A DNA stretch of 64,000 nt from an uncultured Pseudomonadota bacterium (GTDB taxonomy: Bacteria; Desulfobacterota; Binatia; Binatales; Binataceae): positions 479,509 through 543,508 of the forward strand of contig CAWDWL010000005.1 in assembly GCA_963805995.1 (NCBI GenBank). The letters run 5' to 3'. A program made the position numbers and the translations under genes. The notes beneath the pieces are model-generated. The model worked only from the letters and a program-made list of their open reading frames with translations. It was not told where the DNA came from and searched no databases. Position 1 is the stretch's first letter; each line of letters opens with the position of its first letter. Below, one piece after another: positions 30,175 through 39,260 of the stretch.

Positions 30175-31050
30175 TTGAGGCTGACCGTGGCTGAAAGAAG
30201 ACATCCCGACTGGATCAAGGTCCGTGCTCCGACCTCGCCGGAGTTCTTCAAGACCAAGGAACTGCTCAAGCAGATGCGTCTGCACACGGTGTGTCAGGAG
30301 GCGTGCTGCCCGAATATCAGCGAATGCTTTTCCCATCGCACGGCCACTTTCATGCTGATGGGTGACGTGTGCACACGCAACTGCCCGTACTGCGCCGTGG
30401 CGCATGGCAAGGCGCGGACGCTGGACCCGCAGGAACCGTTGCGCGTCGCGCAAGCGGCGGCGCAACTCGGCCTTGCCCATGTGGTGGTCACCTCGGTCGA
30501 TCGCGATGATCTGGCCGACGGCGGCGCCGCCCACTTCGCCGCGACCGCCCGCGCAATCAAGCAACTCGCCCCCGCCACCCGCGTCGAAGTGCTGGTGCCC
30601 GACTTTCAAGGCGTGCATGCGAGCGTTGAAGAAGTCGTGCGGGCTCCAGTGGATATCTACAACCACAATATCGAAACGGTGCCGCGGCTGTACAAAATCG
30701 CGCGCCCCGGCGGGCGCTACCCGCGCTCATTGGAGGTGCTGCGCCACGCCAAGGACACGGCGCGCGGACTGTCCCGCGGCCTGCTCACCAAGGCCGGTAT
30801 CATGCTTGGCCTGGGTGAAGAGATCGACGAAGTGATGGCGGTGCTCAGCGACCTGCGCGAGGTCGAATGCGACATCATCACGCTGGGCCAGTACCTCAGG
30901 CCGTCCAAGGAGCATCTCGAAGTGGTCCGCTACGTGCCGCCGGCGGAGTTCGCCCAACTGCGCGAACGCGCGATGGCGCTGGGTTTTCGTCACGTCGAAT
31001 CCGGCCCGTTGGTCCGCAGCTCCTACCACGCCTGGGAGCACGTCAATTAG
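30175..31050 (+). CDS. lipA: lipoyl synthase
   Basis: Two Fe-S motifs: CCPNISEC and CTRNCPYC. Confidence 0.9.
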   Translation: MRLTVAERRHPDWIKVRAPTSPEFFKTKELLKQMRLHTVCQEACCPNISECFSHRTATFMLMGDVCTRNCPYCAVAHGKARTLDPQEPLRVAQAAAQLGLAHVVVTSVDRDDLADGGAAHFAATARAIKQLAPATRVEVLVPDFQGVHASVEEVVRAPVDIYNHNIETVPRLYKIARPGGRYPRSLEVLRHAKDTARGLSRGLLTKAGIMLGLGEEIDEVMAVLSDLREVECDIITLGQYLRPSKEHLEVVRYVPPAEFAQLRERAMALGFRHVESGPLVRSSYHAWEHVN

Positions 31051-31200
31051 CCGCAAAGCGAAAATCATTGAACCTGTTTACCGCACAAACGCATTGGGGC
31101 AGAGGCTTCTTCTGTCAAAGCGGGAATAGTTTGACGGGTCAGGAGCACATGCGCATTGGGGCAGAGGCTCTTTGCTGTCATCTCTCTTTATCCTAGCCCT
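31051..31200. repeat. two tandem partial copies (about 85 bp period) of the 5' module of the MITE-like element (AAAGCGAAAAT ... GCACAAACGCATTGGGGCAGAGGC)
   Basis: Direct alignment to 31203-31290 and 43458-43540. Confidence 0.5.
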
Positions 31201-31202
31201 AA

Positions 31203-31372
31203 AAGCGAAAATAACTATACGTCCTGAGCGCACGAACACATTGGCGCAGAGCGCCTTTCTGTCCCCTCTCCTTATCTTAGGAGAGGGCGAGGGAGAGGTT
31301 ACACGCTACGACCCTTGATACACATTTCGCCCTCGGCCCGGCATTTCGCCAACAATCTACCTGAATTATTTT
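31203..31372. mobile_element. MITE-like element copy A (about 170 bp) with 13-bp terminal inverted repeats AAGCGAAAATAAY and an internal CCCTCTCC...GGAGAGGG hairpin
   Basis: 5' end AAAAGCGAAAATAACT and 3' end AATTATTTTCGCTTCAG are inverted complements. The internal sequence is about 85% identical to copy B. Confidence 0.55.
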
Positions 31373-31379
31373 CGCTTCA

Positions 31380-32100
31380 GGGTTAGGTTTCTGGTTCTTT
31401 TTCTATTCCCTCCCCTTGTGAGAGTGTCGATAAACTCCACAACCAACCTCGCCCGCGGCTGCGGACTTGGGTACCGCAGGCGCACGCCGGGAGAGGTCGG
31501 CGCGCGATTTGCGCCAGCAAGTCGCGTGACGGGTGAGGGTGCAGGCGGGCTGCAACTGTGTTACGCTACGACCATTCTCCTTCTGCGCCAATGCGTTTGG
31601 CGTTACTTGATGCGTCCAGAAACCCTCCCCTCACCTCTCCCTTATAAATAAAGGGAGAGGTGCAATCCCAAGTCTCTTGATGTTACTAATACCGCTGCAC
31701 TGAGCGGCACCAGCAATTTGTCGACAGTCGCCCTGTGAGACATTCGAAAAATTGTTTGCGGCTTGAAAGTCCGATGCAAATAATTGCCTTACCAGGATCT
31801 GATTGATAGTCTCTCCCCGACCGAGGAGAGGGTCGGGCGCGGGTGGAGAGTGCTGGCGGGCCTGCAGATGCGTGACGCATGCAGGATCTCCTTGTGCCCC
31901 AGCGTGTTTGATCTTACTTGAGGTGTATCAGGACTCTCATCACCTGCCACCACTGAACAGTGGTAGAGGGAAGACGCGCACCTCCTCTTAATAATAGGAT
32001 TGCCCGCTCGGGGTCATCGCCCTTAGCTCGCTTCTTGACACTCTCCATATCCGATCAGGGAAGGGAACAGAATTTAGTCGGCGCGCGGATAAGAAATCTC
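31380..32100. repeat. REP-like repeat thicket, copy B, with fragments in both orientations
   Basis: Contains TTGTTTGCGGCTTGAAAGTCCG, an inverted core GGGTGGAGAGTGCTGGCGGGCCTGCAGATGCGTGACGCATGCAGG, and GGGAAGGGAACAGAATTTAGTCG, all matching 16730-17130. Confidence 0.5.
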
Positions 32101-32355
32101 ACTTTCTGAAAATTTAGTGTAAACGATCTGGCGCGCGGCTACGTCTGAAGTCCGAGCGTTTTTCGGTACGCCGGCTACGAATGCTCGGGCCTCCATTTCC
32201 TGATCATTCAGGGCGCGGATTCATAGCGAGAACTGCGCGGTAAGCTGGCGTAATCAATCCTTCAGATGGAATAGACCGGTTGCGACTTAATTTCTTCTAA
32301 GCTAGCGCAACTGGTCTTTACCATCATTAACAACCCCTGAAGGGAGACTCAGTGC

Positions 32356-33753
32356 ATGTCTAAACCGATACTCGCGGCTTGTTTCGCAACTGTTCTGATA
32401 ATGGCGGATACGGCCCACGCCGGTCCGGCCAATCGCCACCGGCTATCCCACCCGGTTCCGGTGAACTTAAGTGGTTTCGGAGCGCCGCTCCGCGCCATCG
32501 TGAACAATCCAGACGACCTGCAGATTTTCGCCACGGGTCAATCCAACTTCAAAGAGATCGATGAGGTGCCCCAAGTCGGGCCGGTTCTTAACGGGGTCTC
32601 CTGCGCCGGCTGCCATTCTCAGCCATCAATCGGTGGCGCAGGGCTGTTTATCAACGAGATCAGGGTTCGCGACAATGTCGCGCCAGGCCCGGTTCACATC
32701 TTCGCGGTTGATAATATGTTGCGTGGGGGACCGCAGTCACAAAACGGCACGACTATTTTCGCCAACGGCATGCACGCGGAACCGCTGGGATGCCAGATAA
32801 CCGCACCGGGATGCCAACTCTCGGCTTGCCAAAAGGAAGAGGCCGCGCGAACCACCTTCGCCTGGAATCTGCCGGAGTGCGATCCGACCAGCAAGAGCTT
32901 CACCAGCGGCGCCAATTGCGCATCCGGACGCGCAGCCACGCCCACATTCGGTTTGGGTCTGGTCGAAGCGGTGGCGGACCAAACTCTAACCGACCTTGCT
33001 CAAAGTGAACCGGCGGCGGTGCGCGGCACCGCGAGGATGGTCACGGAGGACGGGCAATCGCGTGTGGCGCGTTTTGGCTGGAAGGACGATCATGCGACGC
33101 TGCGCGCCTTCGCCGCGGACGCATACCTCAACGAGATGGGCATTACCAACCCCGACGCGCCGATCGAAGTGAGTTCTTGCGCTCTGGGTCAAAAGCAATT
33201 CGGTGTTCTGCTGCAAACCGACGACGGCATCGAAGACCCCACGGATCCGGATGGGCGCGCGGATATCGATCGCTTTGCGGATTTCATGCGGGCGTTGGAT
33301 GCGCCGCCGGTGCTCGAGCGAAACTTGTCATCTCGCAGCGGGGCGCAGCTGTTCCAGCAAGCCGGTTGCGCGGACTGCCACACGCCGAGCCTTACGACCG
33401 ATACCAATCCCGCGTCATTTGTCCCCACTACCACGGGCGGGATCCCGATCAGTGCGACGCTCAATCTGGCGCTGGCCAGCCATACCTTCCATCCATATTC
33501 CGATTTCCTGCTGCACGACATGGGTTCGCTGGGCGACGGCATCACCTCGGACTCCGCGGGACCTACCATGATGCGCACGGTGCCGCTGTGGGGAATCCGC
33601 GCGAAGTCGGTCTATTTGCACGACGGGCGGGCGCGCGACCTCCCTACCGCAATCACGCTGCATGACGGACAGGGCAAGGCCGCATCCGAAGCGTTTGGGG
33701 CCCTTAGCGCCGAGCAACAACAGGACCTGCTTAACTTCCTCGGCACGATTTAG
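32356..33753 (+). CDS. DUF1111-family di-heme cytochrome c (putative peroxidase / thiol oxidoreductase)
   Basis: Signal peptide, two CxxCH motifs (CAGCHS, CADCHT), and a C-terminal PLWG...YLHDGR...HDGQG MauG/CCP-like motif. Confidence 0.7.
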   Translation: MSKPILAACFATVLIMADTAHAGPANRHRLSHPVPVNLSGFGAPLRAIVNNPDDLQIFATGQSNFKEIDEVPQVGPVLNGVSCAGCHSQPSIGGAGLFINEIRVRDNVAPGPVHIFAVDNMLRGGPQSQNGTTIFANGMHAEPLGCQITAPGCQLSACQKEEAARTTFAWNLPECDPTSKSFTSGANCASGRAATPTFGLGLVEAVADQTLTDLAQSEPAAVRGTARMVTEDGQSRVARFGWKDDHATLRAFAADAYLNEMGITNPDAPIEVSSCALGQKQFGVLLQTDDGIEDPTDPDGRADIDRFADFMRALDAPPVLERNLSSRSGAQLFQQAGCADCHTPSLTTDTNPASFVPTTTGGIPISATLNLALASHTFHPYSDFLLHDMGSLGDGITSDSAGPTMMRTVPLWGIRAKSVYLHDGRARDLPTAITLHDGQGKAASEAFGALSAEQQQDLLNFLGTI

Positions 33754-33956
33754 GCTGGATTGGCCGACTGCCAAAGAAGGCTGCGGCCTGTGACCATCAG
33801 GTAAACCAGAATCATCCGGCGGCGAACTTGCCGCCGGATGATTCTGAAGTTGGTTCGCGCCGATCGCGACAACTCGGTTGCCTGTATGGTTTGGTTGGGT
33901 TACCCTGACACTTAATCAGGAGATTACCCAGCCTCCCTGACAGTGCGTGCAAAATC

Positions 33957-34301
33957 GTGCTTGTTGAGCTAAGAGCCATCGCACATGCCGGCCACGGCCG
34001 GCGAACTGTAGCGGCCGTAGCAGCCAGTCTGCTGCTGACGGCTCAACTGCTCATCGCCGCGCATGTTCATCCGGGGCTGCTCATCAAGAGTGTCTCCGAC
34101 CGCACGCATATGGCCGCTGTCAGCGAGGCCGCCTGCCCGGTCTGCGCACTTCAGGTTCATGCTCCAGGCAGCGCGAACGCGGTATTCCTGTTGATCATCC
34201 CGTTGCTTAGCGAAGCATTCGTCGCGACTGCGAGACGGTCGCGGCTGCTTGGTTTGGCGAAGCCTCAGCTCTTCGGCCGCGCTCCTCCGGCGTCGGCCTG
34301 A
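33957..34301 (+). CDS. small His/Cys-rich protein of uncertain status (possibly a DUF2946-like periplasmic metal-binding protein)
   Basis: 114-aa ORF with AHAGHGRR ... HVHPG ... ACPVCALQVHAPG. Only the genomic context (next to a TonB-dependent receptor) supports it. Confidence 0.2.
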   Translation: MLVELRAIAHAGHGRRTVAAVAASLLLTAQLLIAAHVHPGLLIKSVSDRTHMAAVSEAACPVCALQVHAPGSANAVFLLIIPLLSEAFVATARRSRLLGLAKPQLFGRAPPASA

Positions 34302-34434
34302 TCTCTCCATTTCCCGGAAATTTTCAGTTCCACACACGCGTGTCACGACCGCGTTGCTCATTGCGCGCCGATAAGCCGCGATACGCAAGGCGCGTCGCCC
34401 ACGCCGGAGAGTCAACGAGGTTGAGGAGTTTACG

Positions 34435-36806
34435 ATGCGGAGGATTTTTGTCCCGATTTTGGGATTGTGTGTGATTGCGGGTCTCGTGGGAGGCTCATCG
34501 GCCACTAGCGCCGCTAATAACGCGCAGCCGCAACGCCTGTGGCGGGTACGGTTCAGGATTCGTTGGGCCGTCCGGTGGCGGGCGCGGAGGTCAGCTTGCA
34601 GGCCTCCAACGGTAGGACCGTCGCGAAAGACCCGCAGCGATGCGAAGGGCCGCTTTTCATTTGCTACAGTCAATCCCGGGAATATACGCGGTGACCGCAA
34701 ACAAACAGTCATTCAAGCCCGCGATCAAGATTGCGGCGGTAGAGGCTGGAAGGCCCGCGGAATTGACGCTGGCGATGGCGTCCGAACAGGCGCTTAAGCA
34801 TGACGGTGGTCGCCAAGCGGCTGGACGTGGCGCGCAACAGTCTTTCGCCGCAAACCGGCGGCAGCGTCTATCGCTTCAATGAGCAGTCGATTCATGATCT
34901 GCCGCAGGGCAGCAACACGCCGCTCAACCAGGTGCTCTTGCAGGCGCCGGGCGTAGCGCAGGATTCCTTCGGCCAAATCCACGTGCGCGGCGAGCATGCG
35001 GATCTCCAATACCGAATCAACGGCGTTCAGCTTCCGGAGGGCATCACCGGCTTTGGCCAGGTGCTAAGCCCGCGCTTCGCGCAAAGCCTCAATCTTCTGA
35101 CCGGCGCGCTGCCCGCCGAATACGGTTACCGGACCGCGGGGGTGGTGGACATCCACTCCAAGAGCGGACTGTCGCTTGACGGGGGCGACCTGGACATGTA
35201 CGGCGGCCAGCACAGCACCTTGCAGCCGAGCTTCGAGCTGGGCGGATCGAAGGACAAGCTGGACTACTTCTTCAGCGGCCAGTACCTCCAGAGTCAATTG
35301 GGCGTGGAGCCGCCGACGCCCGGTCCCAGCGCGTACCACGATCAGACCTATCAGGGTCAGGCGTTCAGCTATCTGTCCTATTTCCTTAACCCGACCACAC
35401 GTTTGAGTTTGATCAGCGGCTTCGCGCTAAATCACTTCCAGATTCCGGACAATCCCAATCAGCCGCAGGTCTTCCAGCTTGCGGGCGCGCCATTTTATCC
35501 CTCGGCCAACATCAACGAGAACCAGCTGGAGCAGAATTACTTCGGCGTCCTGTCACTGCAGGGAACGATCGGGGCCAAGTTCGATTATCAACTGTCGGCA
35601 TTCAGCCGTTATTCGACGCTTTCGTTTTACCCGGACGAGATAGGCGATCTGATCTACAACGGCGCCGCTTCGCGGATTTTCCGCAGTAGCTGGTCCAACG
35701 GCCTGCAAGGCGACAGCAGCTATCGCCTCGACGATCAGCATACGATCAGAGCCGGTTTTTGGTTCAGCGGCGAACGGGCGGAAATCGACAATCATGAAAC
35801 GGTTTTTCCCGCCAACCCTGACGGGAGCCAAGCCAGCGAAACGCCGCTTCCACCGATCGTCGACAACCGCGCGATAACCGCGTGGCTCTACGGCATTTAT
35901 ATCCAGGACGAATGGCGTCCGACCGAACAGATCACGATCAACTATGGCACGCGCTTCGACCTTTATGACGGTATCGTGCGCGCCGACCAGGCCAGTCCGC
36001 GGGTCGGCCTGGTCTATAAGCCGTTCAAGCGCACGACGCTTCACGCGGCCTACGCGCGCTACTTCGCGCCACCCCCGACCGAGCTGGTAACCGTCGAAGC
36101 GGTGAACAAATTTGCCGGCACCACCGGCGCGCCACCAACCCCCTATAGCGGCAATCCCTCGCCCGAGCGCTCGCATTACTTCGACGTCGGAGCGCTCCAG
36201 GAACTGCTCCCGGGCCTCCACGTAGGCATCGACGCCTACTACAAGAAGTCCACTGATCTGATTGACGAAGGGCAATTCGGTCCCGCGATCATCTTTTCAA
36301 CATTTAACTATCGAAAGGGCCGAAACTATGGCGTCGAGTTCACCGGCTCATATAACCATAAAAATCTCACTGCATATGCGAACTTTGCGTATGCAGTCGC
36401 CCAGGGAACGCAAGTCGAGTCGGGACAGTTCAATTTCACACCTGCTGAGCTAGCCTACATCGCCAACCACTACGTCTTCCTGGACCACGATCAGACCTTC
36501 ACCTCGTCGGCAGGCGCGGCTTACCAATGGAAGGGATTCAACTTTCTCCTTGATGGCCTGTATCAGAGCGGATTGCGCGAGGGTTTTGCCAACACCCGCA
36601 ACCTGCCTTACTACATCCAGGTCAATGTCGGCGCCACCCGGGAGTTCACGGTGCCCAAGGTGGGCGACCTGCAAGCCCGGATATCGGTGCTTAATCTGTT
36701 CGATCGCACCTATCAAATTCGCGGCGGCAGCGGGATTGGCGTGTTTGCGCCCCAGTTCGGACCCCGGCGCGCACTGTACGCCGGCCTGAAATGGGAGATA
36801 CCATTT
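34435..36806 (+). CDS. TonB-dependent receptor with an N-terminal carboxypeptidase-regulatory-like domain; the N-terminal 360 bp is split over three reading frames and there is no in-frame stop before exbB
   Basis: Signal peptide MRRIFVPILGLCVIAGLVGG (frame 1). CarbopepD segments AGTVQDSLGRPVAGAEVSLQASNGRTVAK (frame 0), TRSDAKGRFSFATVNPG (frame 1) and IYAVTANKQSFKPAIKIAAVEAGRPAELTLAMAS (frame 2). Plug plus barrel from ATG 34800, ending ...GRRALYAGLKWEIPF. Confidence 0.6.
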
Positions 36807-36887
36807 CTCAAGGCGCCACCCGCAATTGGCGCAAACGACCAACTAAACCGAGGGTATCAGCGGATTTTCCTCATTAATGGAGTTGAT

Positions 36888-37562
36888 ATGCATGCACTAC
36901 AAGCAGCGTGGGATACGCTCCGGTACGGCGGGGCGATGGTTTACCCGTTGCTGGTTCTCGGGGTTCTCGCGATAGCCATCATCCTGGATCGTTGCGTGGC
37001 GTACTTTCGATGTTTGCGGCTGCCGGCCGCGCTGGCCAACCTGGTCGAGACCTACGGCTTTTCCTGGGATGAACTCGAAAAGCAGCTTGAACAGCTCGGA
37101 CCCGGCAATGCCTACGGACGGTTCCTGAAGGTAATCGCCGACAATCGAACCGACCCCGCGTGGTGGGTGGAGTCGCGCGCCGGGGATGAAGCCGGCCTCA
37201 TCGAGAAAGTTCTCAATCGCGGACTATGGCTGCTGGAAACCGTGGTCACCGCGGCGCCCCTGATGGGCCTGCTCGGCACCATCACCGGGATGATGGCGGC
37301 ATTCAACGTAATCGGCAGCTCAGGTCTGGTCGCGCCGCATGAGGTGACGGCGGGCGTGGCCCAGGCCTTGATCGCGACCGCGCTGGGCCTGTTCATCGCG
37401 CTGATCTCGCTGTTCGGATTCAACTTCTTCTCGCGGATGCAATCTCACGCGATGGACCGCATGGAACGGCTGGGCTCGCGCCTGGTCGATCATATCCGCC
37501 TGGATCAGGAAAACGCGGCCACCGATCCCGAATCGGCGGTGCGGCGCGTGCAATCGCGATGA
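36888..37562 (+). CDS. exbB: MotA/TolQ/ExbB proton-channel protein
   Basis: Three-transmembrane MotA/ExbB core (LMGLLGTITGMMAAFNVI ... ALIATALGLFIALISLFGFNFF). Own GGAG Shine-Dalgarno plus ATG at 36888. It is in frame with the upstream TonB-dependent receptor ORF. Confidence 0.75.
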   Translation: MHALQAAWDTLRYGGAMVYPLLVLGVLAIAIILDRCVAYFRCLRLPAALANLVETYGFSWDELEKQLEQLGPGNAYGRFLKVIADNRTDPAWWVESRAGDEAGLIEKVLNRGLWLLETVVTAAPLMGLLGTITGMMAAFNVIGSSGLVAPHEVTAGVAQALIATALGLFIALISLFGFNFFSRMQSHAMDRMERLGSRLVDHIRLDQENAATDPESAVRRVQSR

Positions 37563-37572
37563 GGACGCATCG

Positions 37573-37974
37573 ATGAAACTCAAGCGGGCGCGCGGATACC
37601 GGCGCGGACGAATCGAAATCATCCCCATGATCGACGTCATGTTCTTCCTGCTGGTGACTTTCATGCTGGCGTCGCTGGCGATGCAAAGCCTTAACTCAGT
37701 GACGGTAAACCTGCCCAAGGGACAAGCCGAAGCCATCAAACATCAGGAGCCGGTAACCCTGACCGTAACCAAGGACCAGCGACTGTTCCTGGACAAAACG
37801 CCGGTGTCGCTCGACCGCCTCGCGTTTACCCTTAAGCCGATGCTCCAGGAGCATGACCCGGGGTTGGTGGTTAACGCCGATACCGCCGCGCCGGAGGGCA
37901 TCGTGGTCCAGGCGATGCTGCAGGCGCGCCGCGCCGGGGTCGAGCATTTCCAGATTGCGGTCAAGCGCGAATGA
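37573..37974 (+). CDS. exbD: ExbD/TolR biopolymer transport protein
   Basis: IIPMIDVMFFLLVTFML transmembrane helix plus an ExbD periplasmic domain. Confidence 0.8.
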   Translation: MKLKRARGYRRGRIEIIPMIDVMFFLLVTFMLASLAMQSLNSVTVNLPKGQAEAIKHQEPVTLTVTKDQRLFLDKTPVSLDRLAFTLKPMLQEHDPGLVVNADTAAPEGIVVQAMLQARRAGVEHFQIAVKRE

Positions 37975-38774
37975 ACGCTAGCCATCACCTGCGCTTTGCC
38001 GAAGACTTCGACGAGCCGTGGCGCCGGCTGCCCTGGGTCATCCTCGCCGCGCTGCTGAGTTGGATTTTGCTGCTCGGCGGTTTCGCCAAGCTGCTCGAAC
38101 GCAAACCCGCGCCCGAGGCTCCGCCAACCACCATCGAAGCCCGCATCATCGAGATGCCTCCCCCCGCCGGTTTGCAGGGCGGCGGCTCCGCTGGCGGGAC
38201 GCCGGCGGTCGCGCATCCCGCGCCCATCGTGCGTCCCGTGCCCAAGCCGGTGCATGTGGCGAAACTCAAGCCGATTCATCATGTCCACAAGGTCAAGGCG
38301 GCATCGGTGATTACGGAACCTCTCTCGCCCTTCGGCACCGCCAAGCACGTCGAGCATCCCGAACCGGCGGCACCTGCAATTGCGTCGAAGGGACCGTCGG
38401 GCGGAGTCAGTAAGAGCCGCGGCCGCACCGCAGGTGCGGAAGGCGGCGGTGAGGGTGGCATCGGCGGCGGGACGGGGTCAGGCAGCGGCGTCGGGATTGG
38501 CAGTGACAGCGCCGGCGCCAGAGCCATGTTTGCGCCAACCCCCACGATACCCGACGACCTGCGGGAAGGCGCATTCTCGACGATGGCGGTGGCGCACTTC
38601 AGGGTCTCCCCAGAGGGCAACGTCGAGGTGACGCTAATCAAGCCAACGCCGAATCCACGGCTCAATCAGATCCTGCTCGACACGCTCAAACAGTGGAAGT
38701 TCTTCCCCGCCATGAAAAACGGCATCGCAATCGCCTCCGAGTTCGAAGTCCGCATCCCCATCGCCGTGCAATAG
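37971..38774 (+). CDS. tonB: TonB-family energy transducer
   Basis: N-terminal transmembrane anchor, a Pro-rich spacer (PAPEAPPTT...PVPKPV), and a C-terminal TonB_C domain (FRVSPEGNVEVTLIKPTPNPRLNQILLDTLKQWKFFP). Confidence 0.7.
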   Translation: MNASHHLRFAEDFDEPWRRLPWVILAALLSWILLLGGFAKLLERKPAPEAPPTTIEARIIEMPPPAGLQGGGSAGGTPAVAHPAPIVRPVPKPVHVAKLKPIHHVHKVKAASVITEPLSPFGTAKHVEHPEPAAPAIASKGPSGGVSKSRGRTAGAEGGGEGGIGGGTGSGSGVGIGSDSAGARAMFAPTPTIPDDLREGAFSTMAVAHFRVSPEGNVEVTLIKPTPNPRLNQILLDTLKQWKFFPAMKNGIAIASEFEVRIPIAVQ

Positions 38775-38794
38775 TATGGCTGGGAGGCGCGGGT

Positions 38795-39060
38795 TTGTTC
38801 CCTCTCCCACGTTTAGTTGTGGGAGAGGACGAGGGTTCTGATACCCTCAAGTAAGATAAATGCACTGGCGCGCAGCGAGATCCCGCATGCGTGACACACC
38901 TTTGCAGGCCCGCCTGCACCCTCTCCCGGGCGCCAAAATTTTGAGGTCTGGCGCTGAACAGCAAGCGCCAGACGCTAAGGACCCTCACCCGGCACTCGCA
39001 GACTCGCGCCGGCCTCTCCCCTCCGGGAGAGGCAGTCCCGGGACGCGTCATGCGAAAATC
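38795..39060. repeat. REP-like repeat, copy C (hairpin CCCTCTCCCAC/GTGGGAGAGG plus the core GCATGCGTGACACACCTTTGCAGGCCCGCCTGCACCCTCTCCC)
   Basis: About 85% identical to 16855-17025. The hairpin stem is identical to the terminator stem at 25134. Confidence 0.55.
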
Positions 39061-39260
39061 TATTATCGCTTTGCTGCTAACTCTTGCGGCCGCGCTGAGC
39101 CAACTCCTCGGCGGAATCGATCAGGCTTTGCAAGAAGCTCTCGCCGGATCAAGAACGATACCTGGCCACGGACCCATCAAAGCCAATCAACCTGGCCGAC
39201 CCCGACGTCGCGGCGTTGGTTGAATCGCGAGTTTTTCGATCCATTCATTGTCCATCGCCG

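Noticed and set aside
32270-32340. Possible Fur box (TACCATCATTAACAA) upstream of the DUF1111 gene
   Set aside because: It matches the 19-bp Fur consensus at only about half the positions. Not convincing without a position-weight-matrix score.
31051-32355. Possible CRISPR array or ncRNA in the 1.3 kb gap
   Set aside because: The repeats are imperfect, of variable length and in mixed orientations, without regular repeat-spacer periodicity. They are better explained as MITE and REP-like elements. No Rfam-like structure was recognised by eye.
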